Shown in pieces: positions 46,422-57,172 of a DNA stretch of 64,000 nt (its first letter is position 1; the number at the start of each line of letters is the position of its first letter). Where the stretch lies: the NCBI GenBank assembly GCA_965240325.2, contig OZ251253.1, positions 62,001-126,000 on the forward strand, read 5' to 3'. The notes beneath the pieces were generated by a model. It ran no database searches. It was not told where the DNA came from and saw nothing but the letters and a program-made list of their open reading frames with translations. The stretch comes from Rebecca billardiae RCC1528 (taxonomy: Eukaryota; Protista; Haptophyta). A program made the position numbers and the translations under genes.

Positions 46422-47555
46422 ATGAGCTCGACGACGGCGGGCCAGCCCGCGCCAGACGCGGCGGCGCCACCGCCGGCGTCGCCGTGGCGCACGCCGCGCC
46501 GCCAGCTGCTCGTCGTCTCGGGCGTCACGCTCGTGTTCGAGGCGTTGTGCGGGCACCAGCTCGAGTTCGTCAAGATCATCAAGCAGACGACGCGCCGGCC
46601 GTACCCGCAGATCGTGCGCGAGATTGTGCGCGAGAAGGGGCTGGCGGGCTTCTGGGACGGCTTCCTGCCGTGGGGCGCTGTGCAGGCGGTCTCCAAGGGC
46701 GCCGTCTTCGGGTACGCGTACGCCACGTCGCGCTCGGTGCTGCGCCCGCTGGTGCAGGACGGGCGGATGCGGCAGCACACGGCGGACACGCTCTCCGGCG
46801 GCCTCGCGGGCGGCGTGCAGGGCTTCGTCCTCTCGCCCACGCTGCTGCTCAAGACGCGCGTGATGACCGACCCCGTCTTCCGCACGCAGATGAGCCTGGT
46901 GCAGACGAGCGTGCGCTCGTGCCAGGTGGGCGCGCGCGTGATCGTGACCGAGGGGCCGCTCTCGCTCATGAAGGGCGCGCCCACCTTCGCGTGCAAGCGC
47001 GTCGCCGACTGGGGCAGCCGCTACCTCTTCACAAACGCGGTGGAGGACGCGCTCTTCAGGAGGGGCGGCGCGGCACACGCGCCGGCCAAGCTGCCCTACT
47101 CGCAGCAGATGACCGCCTCATTACTCGGTGCGCCCGCGCGCAAGGCCCGCGCCCCCGCGCCCGCGGGTCGCGCTCGTGGACCTCGCCGCCGCTCGACGCG
47201 ACCTTCCGCCGGCGCGCGCGCGCGCGCGGGCTGACGGCACGGCGCGCGCGCGCGTGCCCACTCGCCGCCGCGCGCTCGCCGCCGCACGTCGGCCGCAGGC
47301 GGCGTGCTCAGCTCGATCGCGACCGTGCCACTCGACGTCATGGTCGCGCAGATCCAGCAGGCGAGTCGCGCCGGCCAGCACGTCTCCGTGTTCGGCACAT
47401 TCGCCGCGAAGTACCGCGAGGGCGGCTTCGACGCGGTGGGCGGCTTTGCGACGCGCGGCTTCGTGGCGCGCTGCCTGCACGTCTCGCTCACAACAGTGGT
47501 CGTCAAGACGTACACGGCCATGGTCACCGATCTTCTCGAGGCCAGGTCCAAGTGA
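46422..47555 (+). CDS. Mitochondrial carrier (SLC25) protein, Yhm2-like citrate/oxoglutarate carrier; exons 46422-47127 and 47299-47555 (320 aa)
   Basis: Three carrier repeats (QLEFVK..GLAGFWDGFLPW..SKGAVF; PTLLLKTR..SLMKG..DWGSR; PLDVM..RGFVAR). The PW..KGAV and WGSR segments recall Yhm2. Intron 47128-47298. Confidence 0.85.
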
Positions 47556-48527
47556 TCGGCAGCGCAGGCGTCCGTGCGCACGCCGCACAGGCGGCAGTGT
47601 CATCCGCCACATCACATAGTGATAGTGGAGGCCTAAAGCTGCGGCACCGTTCGGAACCGGACCGCCGCTGCATGCGGGACGCCGGACGGCTTCCCGAATA
47701 GCCGCTACTGGCACTAGTTATATTATTATATATTATTCATCATGTCACACATCATGAGACAATAAGCGATCACGGACGGCGCGTCGCCAATGTTACAGCG
47801 GCGGGCAACGTGCCGGCCTTATGAGTGACGGTGATGATGATACGGATAATGAGTCCCGGATGATGGCACATATTAATGACGCGAGCAGTATAATTGACTG
47901 TCATCCGGCGGCCTGGGCGGAGGCGGCGGTCAGGAGGCAGAGGCTGACGACCACCCCCGGTCGAGCACCGCAGGCTATATGCCCAGCACACAGGCTATAT
48001 GCCCACACTCGGCACTAGCTATATAGATTATTAGGGAAGGATCGCTGCCAGCGCCTGCTGCCGCTAGCTGTCAAAGGCCCTGCTGATCCGTTCCCGTGGC
48101 GCTGATCGATGCTGGATCGTACACACGGATGGCAAGTCGGTGTGCTCGCCGCACATTAATCGCGGCGGCTTAAATTCTCAGCCGATCCCAAGTCCTCAAT
48201 CCTCATTGCACCCATCCTAGGCCTGCTGGTCGATGATTGGTACCAACCCCCACCAAACACGCCCTACTCTCGGAAGTCGCCAATCGCTTACATGGCTCCC
48301 CGAGAGCCCGGGGCTGGCTGTCGTGCGTTCTCACGAGCAGCTTGCGCGCAGCCCAAATGTCGTCACCTTCACGGTGCGTAGAGCTGCTCAAGATGGCGGG
48401 AGCGTCAAGAGCATGCCCGTGCACGATACTGACCCATGCCTCCCGTCGCCTGACCCGCATGGGGCAAAAATTGACCCTGCTCGAAGGCACGGGTCGAACA
48501 CCCGCCGATCGATTCATGTTGTCTGTA

Positions 48528-49032
48528 CAGGCAATCGCGGGCAATAAGAAGCTGTCACGTTAAGAAACTGGGGCTTGCTATCTGCGGATCTGGCCTAGAA
48601 ACCGAGGCTAGCGATTGGCTGGTTCGCTATACGCATAGTCACACTAAGAAACCGGGACTACGTCGTCCCGGCTGCCGAGTGGTCCGCCGAGGGGCGAGGC
48701 GCAGTCGGCCCGTCGGGGACGCAGCGCGCGGCCCGACTACGAGTACAGGCCAAGTCCCGACTTCTCCTGATGACTGACTCCTGGCCAGTGCACCGCAGCA
48801 TCCATGCAACATCATGCCAGATTTGCTCCAAAAAGGCCCAAAATTTTCGTCGGCCTCGCCGGCCGGGCCTAAAGACTCAGCGGGGGGCTCTGCCCCCCTG
48901 CGCCCCCCGCGCCTGCGCGGCGGGCGGACCTAGCTAAGAAACTGAGACTCCGTAGGCGCTCGGGCTACCGAACGGCTAAGAAACCGAGGCTAGCCGTGAG
49001 ATCTCTGACTTCTTATTGCCCGCGATTGCCTG
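48528..49032. mobile_element. Non-autonomous Tc1/mariner-type MITE (505 bp), perfect 24-bp TIRs, TA target-site duplication
   Basis: TA|CAGGCAATCGCGGGCAATAAGAAG (48528-48551) and CTTCTTATTGCCCGCGATTGCCTG|TA (49009-49032). Internal repeated (C)TAAGAAAC(C/T)G motifs; no ORF. Confidence 0.8.
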
Positions 49033-52000
49033 TACGCGTCTAGCCGGGCGAGAGTCAAACATGCGGGCACGTGCCAGGCGGGGGATGTGTGACCACGGAT
49101 CCCATCCGTGAGCACGCGCAAAGCGCTGGAGCGCGCGATAGGTGTTGGCTGTGGTCTACCCGACACACGGCGCGCGGCTCGGTCGCGCTGGAGAGGCGCT
49201 CCGACATCGTCGGGAGCGTTCAGATCGGACCTCGGCCGGCGGCCCGGCGATTTTCCCGGAGCCGCGCCCCGCGCGAAAAGAAATCCGGCGAGAACACCCT
49301 GTAAATGTTTAAAAGAACGCTGGAAAATCGCAAGGGACCCACCTACTATATACGACGCTGGATGAAGGCAGATATAACTGAAGAGCTGCGTCGTATATAG
49401 TAGTGGCGACCTCGTTCGTCTCAGGAGCGTCGAACTGTAGTCCCGCGCGGTGCCTCGGCTAGCACTACTCGGCAGGCCAGCAGCCACGACGACTGACGGG
49501 GTGTCCAGTGTGTCGAAGAGACAACGTCCGTCCATGCCAAACTCGCACCGGCCTCTGACCTAGTATGCATGCCCAATGCGCCATGCCAAGGGACCCTTTA
49601 GTCGTCGTCTGATGAGCGCCGGCACGCCATTAGTTGCAGGCGGCGCACTGACGGAACGGCGCAGCATGCGTGCGAGCCGCCATCGAGCAACGTGCACACC
49701 GCTGAGGGCGCCGAGGCTATTTGGGCGACATGCGGGCGGCACAGCGGCCGGCGCTTGCAGGAGGAACGCCCGCGTGGCTGATTGGCCGACGGCCTTGCGC
49801 ACTTCGCAATAGCCCTGGCAGTGCAGTCCGCGCGCGGGCTGTCCCGCAATCTTCTTGCGATTGATTGCACACGGACGTGCCATGCGCGCACAGCTCTCGA
49901 CAGCATGTCGCCAATAGCCACACAGCACGAACGCTTAGGGGGCGGTCCGGATTCCAAGACGGATGACGTAGCCGACGTGCGACTCGCCTCGAGCGCTTTG
50001 GCAATATGCTGGTTTGGCGACAAGACAGAGCGCGTATTTCGCGATTGCTTGTCGGCGACGTCCACCCGGTGCTAACCTTTCGCTGCGCGTGAATGCTCTC
50101 GCCGCCTCGCGGCCCCAACCGTTGAAGGTGCAAGGCGGGCCGCTCTGCTCGCACTGGTATGATGACGAAGCGTTTTACCGCTGCGCCACCAGAGTCGACT
50201 CTGGTGGCGCAGCGGTGAACCGCTTCGGAATCATACTACGCACGCAAAGGGGCGGGATGGTGCCCCATGCACGCTTCGAGTGACGCTCCACGCGGCCATG
50301 CAACCCCCGCGATGTACCCTGGGGCCACACTGGCATCCCTTAGACGGAAGGGCACCTCCGAACGAGCACGGGCGTACGAGTTCACGACTGCCGCGGCATG
50401 GCGGCGGTTTGCGACGCGACACACGCGCGGCGCCCGCAGGACGCGAAAGCCTTTCGCGGCGAGCTTGCACGCGTGTATCGACGCGGGTCTCACATGTTAG
50501 GACAGCCTGCCGTCCGAAGCCGTCCGAAGGCGGGCACCAACGTGCTGCAGGAGCGATCGTGGTCAGACAGGCCGCATCAGTATACGGCGTACAGTGTCTC
50601 GGCCATCATTCAACGAAAGAGCCGCAGCCTGACAGGGAGTGCAGCGCATGCATCGTAGCAATCCCTTCTCGATGGGCCCAGATTGAGCCACGCGGGGTTG
50701 CCTCCAGGCGCGGCGTCAACACCCCGGTCGAACAGGAGATTCGCGCGGTAGAACGAGTGGGCGCGCACGCGCGTGCAGTGCAGGCGGCTTTCGGCGACGC
50801 AGGGTCCGTGGGTCAAAGGCAGCCCTGAGTCCACTACGCCTTGCGCCGCCAGTGGTACTCGCCCCCATGCCGGCCTGGTTTGGCCGCGGTGCCACGGCGC
50901 CAAAACGTCGGCGTCGGCCCCATGTCCGATGTAGCTTCAAGCTTCAACGAGAGGCATGTCCGCGCTGCGCCGACTGCGCAAGCCGTCTACGAGGATGGCT
51001 CACACCTAACAGAAACAGCCAACGATTTGAGATTGAGTGAGCCCAGCGGGAAACGTTTGTACGCCGTAGCACGCATGGCGTGTCTCCGACGGGCGTTCGC
51101 GTTTCAGTGCTACCGCACTATTGAGCTTCCTGACGCGGCGGTTCGCACGTTGAACATTGGCTTTGTGCGTGACGGGCTTCAACTCCTCCCGCCTGCCGCA
51201 GCACCGCGTGGCGACGGCACGTGTCTGGCACCGCTTGCGCACGCGGGCGCTAGGCGCTTGGGTTTGCAGGCATATGGCGGGGCACACACACCTGGTGTGC
51301 ATGGCATGCGCCCGTGCCTCCACCTGGGCGATGACACTGGCGCGGTTCAAGCGTCAGGGCCTGGCCTGGCCCGCCAGTATCACGTTTCTACCAGCCGCCG
51401 GCCGGTACAGTCGATTGCGACGTGCGGTATTCACCGAGTCCTCCCAGGCCACGCTCCGAAGCCGGTGTTGAGCACATGGGGTGGTGCGCTCCGGACCCCC
51501 TGACCATACCAAAAGGCGCTGAGCAATTTGCTGCAGGCCGCCAACCCGAACTGCGGACAGTGCGCGCGTATACACGAACTTAGCACGGGCGATGCCCATG
51601 CCGTGCGAAGGCGACGGACGCGCTGCTCGCGTAGCATCGAGACATCGCCATCCGGCCTCCGCAGTGCGCCCCCGGAGCTTGCTCCTCGACCACTTGCCAA
51701 TGCGAGCGTGCATCAGAATGAGCAGCTCGCGCCAGTCTCAGCCTTGAGCGTGGGCGCCCGCCTGGCGCGCGCCATGCGATGAACTCAAACGCATCCGCGC
51801 ATCGTGATGCTATGATCGGCCACAAGCTGCGGCTGCGCAAGGAAGCATTGCGCTTGCGCGCAAACCGCGCGGCCTTGAGCCACCGACGGTCGTGCTTATG
51901 AGGCAGCTTAGACAGCCGTTGACAAGTCCCGATCAGCCTGCACTGCACGAGCCTTGCGGCCCCGGGCGGCTTGTTCACCGGAAGCCCTCGTGCGCACACA

Positions 52001-52143
52001 GCAGAGGGCGCGGCATGGGCCTGCTCCCATCTGCATGGGCCGGTCCGTTTCTGGCGATCGCTGTGTAGTATTGGTTGGCGCCGATCACAACTTAGAGCCA
52101 TAGATTATGGGTGCGACGTGCAAGGCGATGGTGGTGGCAAGTA

Positions 52144-53195
52144 GAGGCCACTCGAGCGACTTCGTGTCTGGCGAGGCAGGTCGTGCGAGTGCGTGGCGAG
52201 GCAGACGCTCGCCTGCCTCGCCGCTCGGCGAGGCAGCTGACCTAGTAAAGCCTGGGACAAACTTCATGAACGCCAGCAAATGTCTGCCGGGGCGCCGCCC
52301 GTCTTTGCGCACGGTGACGAGGGCGCGCGAGGGCGCTTCCTGACGATCCCGATGAGCGCTGCGCGCGGCGTCGCGTTGGCGGCGGCAGCGGCGCTGGGGT
52401 GTATCTTGCCCATTCTGCGTGGCGGCGCGCGCTCATGACGCCTCAGCAGCCGCCAAGCCATGCGCGCCATGCGCGACCGGGCATGGCGCCTTCTTGACGG
52501 GCAGTGCACTCGCCCTTGCAAGCGCACAGCCGTGAAGAGCCGAGAGCGTCCGTCGCGAGCACGCCGCCCACGCGGGATGCGTTGTCGGGACTGTTCGTGT
52601 GACACTGGGCATTTGCGAGCCATGATGACCATGGGTAGCAGCTACGATGAGCACTTCTCACCTGCATTTCAGCCGATGGCATCCTCTCGTTCAGCGATCT
52701 TGACTGCTCTGAACGCATGGCGAACTCGGCGGAGCGCATGCGCAAGGTGGCTTCGTTGACAATACATAACGCATTCCGCGTGGGCGGCGTGCTCGCGACG
52801 GACGCTCTCGGCTCTTGACGGCTGTGCGCTTGCAAGGGCGAGTGCACTGCCCGTCAAGAAGGCGACACGCCCGGTCGCTCATGGCTTGGCGGCGGCCGAG
52901 GCGTCATGAGCGCGCGCCGCCACGCAGAATGGGTAAGATACACCCCAGCGCCGCTGCCGCCGCCAACACGACGCCGCGCGCAGCGCTCATCGGGATCGTC
53001 AGGAAGCGCCCTCGCGCGCCCTCGTCACCGTGCGCAAAGACGGGCGGCGCCCCGGCAGACATTTGGCGTTCGTAAAGTTTGTCCCAGTCTTCACTAGGTT
53101 AGCTGCCTCGCCGAGCGGCGAGGCAGGCGAGCGTCTGCCTCGCTACGCACTGGCGCGATCTGCCTCGCCGGACACGAAGTCGCTCGAGTGGCCTC
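52144..53195. repeat. Long inverted repeat (foldback): arms 52144-52583 and 52768-53195, 184-bp spacer
   Basis: Arms are reverse complements with scattered substitutions and small indels. Mirrored ORFs appear on opposite strands, e.g. 52242..52436(-) and 52906..53097(+). Confidence 0.92.
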
Positions 53196-54083
53196 AAGTA
53201 GTTGTAGCTGTGGCGATCAATCACACCGGCGAGTTTCCAGGGAGCCAGCCGGCTTGCATGGAGCAGCGCTGCAGCCAGCAGTGGCAGCATGCGTCTACTT
53301 ATGCGGCAATGCGGCGGAATACCTGCGTTCGCACCGCCATGGTGGCTGCCGTCGTCAACATGTGCCGGCGGGGGGCTGCCTGGCGTTAGTTCTTCGTTTA
53401 CTCGCGGTTGAAGCGCCCTGCCTCTCACGGCGTGTCGACGATGCTGATTCACGCCAGCGGTCAGTTGTCGACACGGTTTGGGTCCCGTTCGACGACTGGC
53501 CGCCTTTGCAGCCACGATGGCGATGAATGTGGAGTCTCCCAGCCCGGCACGAAGGAACAACCGCGCGGCTTGTTCGGAAGCGTGGGGAAGAACCTGGCGT
53601 AGAGGCTCGTCGCGGAGACGAGTGCATTCTCTTCCCGCGGCCCTTCCGCCCGCGACGACACCCACCGTGCTGTCCTCTCATCAGAAACTACACTGTACAA
53701 TCACGACGAGCCCAAGTTCAGTCATGATGACGCGCGCCACGATTGGAGCTAGGTCGTCATGGTGCGACAACTTGAACTGGCCAACGAATAGCGGTAAGGT
53801 GTAACACAAACCGCAGCGCATCTTCAATCTGCTGCCAGTGGCGTGCGTGCAGCCGTGCTCGCGATTTGCGAATGTCCCAGGAAGCGCGAGGGGAGGCGTC
53901 AGCGCTCCCGCCACCGGCCCGGCGACGCAGGCTCGCTCTGTGCTGCAGGCCCGGCCCGACTGGCCGCAATCTTTCGGCAGCAGGATGACTACAGCGCGGC
54001 CTGCTGCTTTCTGTCGCAAACCCGGCGCGACCGCTCTGCTGATCGCCGCTGGTGCAGGAGCGGCCGGCGCCCTGCTCCCAACC

Positions 54084-55757
54084 TCATCCCTCCTGCGGCA
54101 GAGCCATCGGCCGCGCTCGTGGCGCGGGCGACGCGGGGTAACCGCCGGTCGACGCTGCAAACTCGTCCCCGGCGGCGTCTCGCGGCGAGTGGGGCTCGTC
54201 GAGCACGCGCCGGTGCGACGGCGCGCGCCCTGCCGCCGCTGGGCAGCACGCGGCGCCGATCGCGCGCGCGCGCGCGCCCAGCCACGAGCCGCGCGCCGCG
54301 TCTCCGTCGATGTCGGCACGGGAGTGCCGAGCGGCGGGCGAGTCCAGCCCGGCGTCGGCCTGCGAGGACACGTTGATGAGCACGAACCCGCCGCAGACGC
54401 ACAGCGCCGCGCCCGCGGAGATCACGGTCGGCGCGATGCCGTGCAGCGCCCAGTCGCTCGCCATCGCGATGGGGATGGTGAGCGAGAGCCCGACGGTGGC
54501 GACGGTGGGCGAGGTGAGCACGACCGCCTTGGCCCAGAGGAAGTCGGAAAGCACGTTGTCCAGCAGGCCCTTCACGCAGAGCATCGCGAGCACATCTCGG
54601 CCCATCGAGTCGAGCGGCTCGATGCGCGTCGCGTGCAGCAGCGCGACGACTGGCCCGAGCGCGAGCGCGTTCGCGGTGCCGAGGCAGCCGAAGAAGAGCG
54701 CGAAGGAGACGGCCTCGTCGTCGGGTATCAGTCTGCGCAGCAGCACCGTGTACGCGCCGTACAGGAACGCGCCGAGCAGGCAGATCGCGTCGCCGAGCGC
54801 CGAGGCGGGCACGCCGTCGGCGGAGGCGCCGCCGCTCACGTGGTCGGCGTACGCGGTGAGCGCGTTGCCCGCCATGCACAGCGCGACGCCGCCGAGCTTG
54901 GCGACGGAGTAGCGCTCGCCGATGAACAGGAGCGAGAGCACGAACGTAAACAGCGTCGACGTCGTCGAGATCAGCGTGGACGACGTGACGGACGTCATCC
55001 CCAGCGACGCGTTGTAACACGCGTTGGCGGCAAACCACACGGGGCACACGCGCAGCGCGAGACCGAGCACGCCCACGTACGTGACGCGCGCGCGCGGCGC
55101 GTCCTCCGGCGCGCGCGGCTCCTCGCTCTCGCGCTCGATCGTCGCGCCGTTCGCCGCCTCGCCCGCCGCCGCGCCGCCGCCCGCGCCCGCGCCGCACTCG
55201 GCCGCGCCGCCGCCACCGGCGCCGCCGCTCTGCGTCCCGTGCTGCCCTAGCAGCTGGTGGGCGCACGTGCAACGGCTGGCGCAGCACGCGGCGTGCGCGG
55301 CGGCGGCGTGGCCGTTGGCGGCGGAGGGCCGGCGGAAGGGCACCTCGCGCCACGCCCACCGCTTCTGCTCCGCCGCGCGCGGGCTGCGCGCGCGCGGCGG
55401 CGCGTGCGGGTCGCGCGCCAGCCGCAGCGCCACCGCCGCGCGCCACAGCGGCAGGTTGACGATGAAGAGCGAGTTGGAGATGTAGGTGAGGAAGAAGGGG
55501 CGGAAGAAGGAGCGCGTGAGGAAGATGTGCTGCACGAGCACCGACGCGAACGACCAGATCAGCGCGACGACCACGATGCACGTGACGCCCGCCGTCCAGC
55601 GCGCCGCGGCCACGCGCTGCATCGCCTGCCGCTCCGACCCCTCGCCCGCGGGAGAGCGCGGGCCGGGCAGCAGCGCGGCGACCGAGTCGTGCGCCTCGGG
55701 CAGGGAGATCGACGGGCGCTGCCCACGTGGCAGCTCCGCGTCGTCGGCCCCGCGCAT
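54084..55757 (-). CDS. SLC35F5/Thi74-like EamA (DMT) multi-pass transporter; start uncertain (ATG 55757 or 55622)
   Basis: Motifs GVTCIVVVALIWSFASVLVQ, RPFFLTYISNSLF, CPVWFAANACYNASL.MTSVTSSTLISTTS.LFT, LGDAICLLGAFLYGAYTVLL, NVLSDFLWAKAVVLTSPTVATVGLSLTIPIAM. Confidence 0.88.
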   Translation of the reverse strand: MRGADDAELPRGQRPSISLPEAHDSVAALLPGPRSPAGEGSERQAMQRVAAARWTAGVTCIVVVALIWSFASVLVQHIFLTRSFFRPFFLTYISNSLFIVNLPLWRAAVALRLARDPHAPPRARSPRAAEQKRWAWREVPFRRPSAANGHAAAAHAACCASRCTCAHQLLGQHGTQSGGAGGGGAAECGAGAGGGAAAGEAANGATIERESEEPRAPEDAPRARVTYVGVLGLALRVCPVWFAANACYNASLGMTSVTSSTLISTTSTLFTFVLSLLFIGERYSVAKLGGVALCMAGNALTAYADHVSGGASADGVPASALGDAICLLGAFLYGAYTVLLRRLIPDDEAVSFALFFGCLGTANALALGPVVALLHATRIEPLDSMGRDVLAMLCVKGLLDNVLSDFLWAKAVVLTSPTVATVGLSLTIPIAMASDWALHGIAPTVISAGAALCVCGGFVLINVSSQADAGLDSPAARHSRADIDGDAARGSWLGARARAIGAACCPAAAGRAPSHRRVLDEPHSPRDAAGDEFAASTGGYPASPAPRARPMALPQEG

Positions 55758-56806
55758 CCACTCGTGCGCAGCGCCGGTGCTGCGCACGACGGGCTCCGCG
55801 CGCTTGGGCTCGCCCGCCGGATGCACGATGGGCGGAGCTCTCGTCAGCTCGACTTCGGCTCGATCGTCTCTCGTCCGCCCTGGCCAGTCACTCTCGAAAA
55901 AAATCCCCGCACGATGGCTGCTGGCGGCCAGCCGGGTGCACCCCGCACCCTGGTTGCGGGGGGTGCACCCAGTGGTGCGGGCGCTGCGGACGCACCACTG
56001 GGTGCGGGCGCTGCGGACGGTGTGTGCACTGCATGGTCGCTACCGCAGCACGCCGTGCGCCGGAGCGGCCGTGGACGGCACACGGCTACGCCAGCTGCTC
56101 ACGCCGCCTGCAGCCTGCTCCTGGCGCCGCTCGCGCCGCACCGATGGCAACGCTCCGCGTTGCGCCCGCCGCTGCCATCCACGCCACCTTGGCCAGCCAG
56201 CGGCTCCTCAGACACGCCGTGTACGCACGCGTCGACGTGGGCGTGGCTCTCCCCTCCGCTGCGCCCATCAATCCGGAGCGACGCCCGCGCGCGGGCGAAG
56301 GCATCGTGCCGGCGTGCAGCTGGGGCTGAGCTGTTGACAGCGGGCCCTCATGCTGGCAGTCGTCTCGGAGTGGGCGCGCGGTCTGTCGCATGCGTAGGAT
56401 GCGGCCGGAATCACTTGGGTCAACGCGTTCGAACGCGGCCAGCGTCTGCCTGCGCGTGAGTGCGGACCCGCGCCGTAGTGCGACCCGATCACGTGCGCAC
56501 GCGCCCTGGCGGCGGGCCTGGGAAGTGCGAGGGGCGCCGACCTCCGACGCTGCGGGCTACGGGCGCTTGGCGAGGACGGCAACAACGCTGACGGAACGGC
56601 ACGACGGACGTCGTCACCTCGCGCATCCCGCGGCACCTCACCCACGGTCGGCCATGCTCAACCCACGCGCGCCATCGCGCCCCCCATGAGTCCGGATAGC
56701 CCACACGTGAACACCCGGACCGAGCGAGCGCCATCGCTGTGCCGATTTCTAAGCAGCACGAGGGCGCGTGGCCAAGCCAGCGCTGGTAGCTGACTCGCCT
56801 CGCAAG

Positions 56807-56991
56807 GTGCGGCGCGTGGATAAGCCGGCTCGCGCAGCTCGCGCGCACGAGCGCGCATGGGGTATCGCCGGGCCTGAGCAGCATGGACGGCCTCGTGCGG
56901 CTTCCGCTTTCCTCGCCGCACGCGGCGAGTGCCTGCCTTCGCGTCTGCTCACACGCGAAGCGCGCGCGCGCGCATCGCGTTCCGTGCGCAG
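56807..56991 (+). other. Probable 5'-UTR intron of RPS29
   Basis: AAG|GTGCGG donor, GCTCAC branch-like motif and TGCGCAG acceptor ending one base before the ATG; same grammar as the other introns. Confidence 0.65.
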
Positions 56992-56992
56992 C

Positions 56993-57172
56993 ATGCCGGG
57001 CAGCAAGGAGCAGCTCAACTCGCACCCGAAGGGCTACGGCAAGGGCTCCCGCCAGTGCCGGATGACGGGCCGCAAGGGCGGCATGGGTCTCATCCGCAAG
57101 TACGGCATCAACATGAAGCGCCAGGCCTTCCGCGAACATGCGAAGGAGATGGGCTGGGAGAAGTACTCGTAA
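56993..57172 (+). CDS. RPS29: 40S ribosomal protein S29 (uS14), 59 aa, atypical Cys-depleted form
   Basis: [59 protein letters not shown]. The SHP..YG.GSR and GLIRKYG.N..RQ.FRE.A segments are diagnostic of cytosolic S29. Confidence 0.93.
   Translation: MPGSKEQLNSHPKGYGKGSRQCRMTGRKGGMGLIRKYGINMKRQAFREHAKEMGWEKYS

Noticed and set aside
38202-47701. Long Arg/Ala-rich overlapping ORFs (e.g. 38202..42179, 39373..41529, 44653..46020)
   Set aside because: Stop-poor alternative frames expected in very high-GC coding DNA; no recognisable motifs.
49560-52101. Short ORFs as a transposase or viral gene
   Set aside because: No DDE, RT, HUH, tyrosine-recombinase or RuvC/TnpB motif that I could recognise; left unassigned.
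55934-56019. GGGTGCACCC palindrome/hairpin and a 19-bp direct repeat upstream of SLC35F
   Set aside because: Too short, with no matching termini; cannot be called a TE or regulatory site.
56768-56992. N-terminal extension of RPS29 in the ORF track
   Set aside because: Starts at GTG and reads through a probable 5'-UTR intron; S29 homology begins at ATG 56993.
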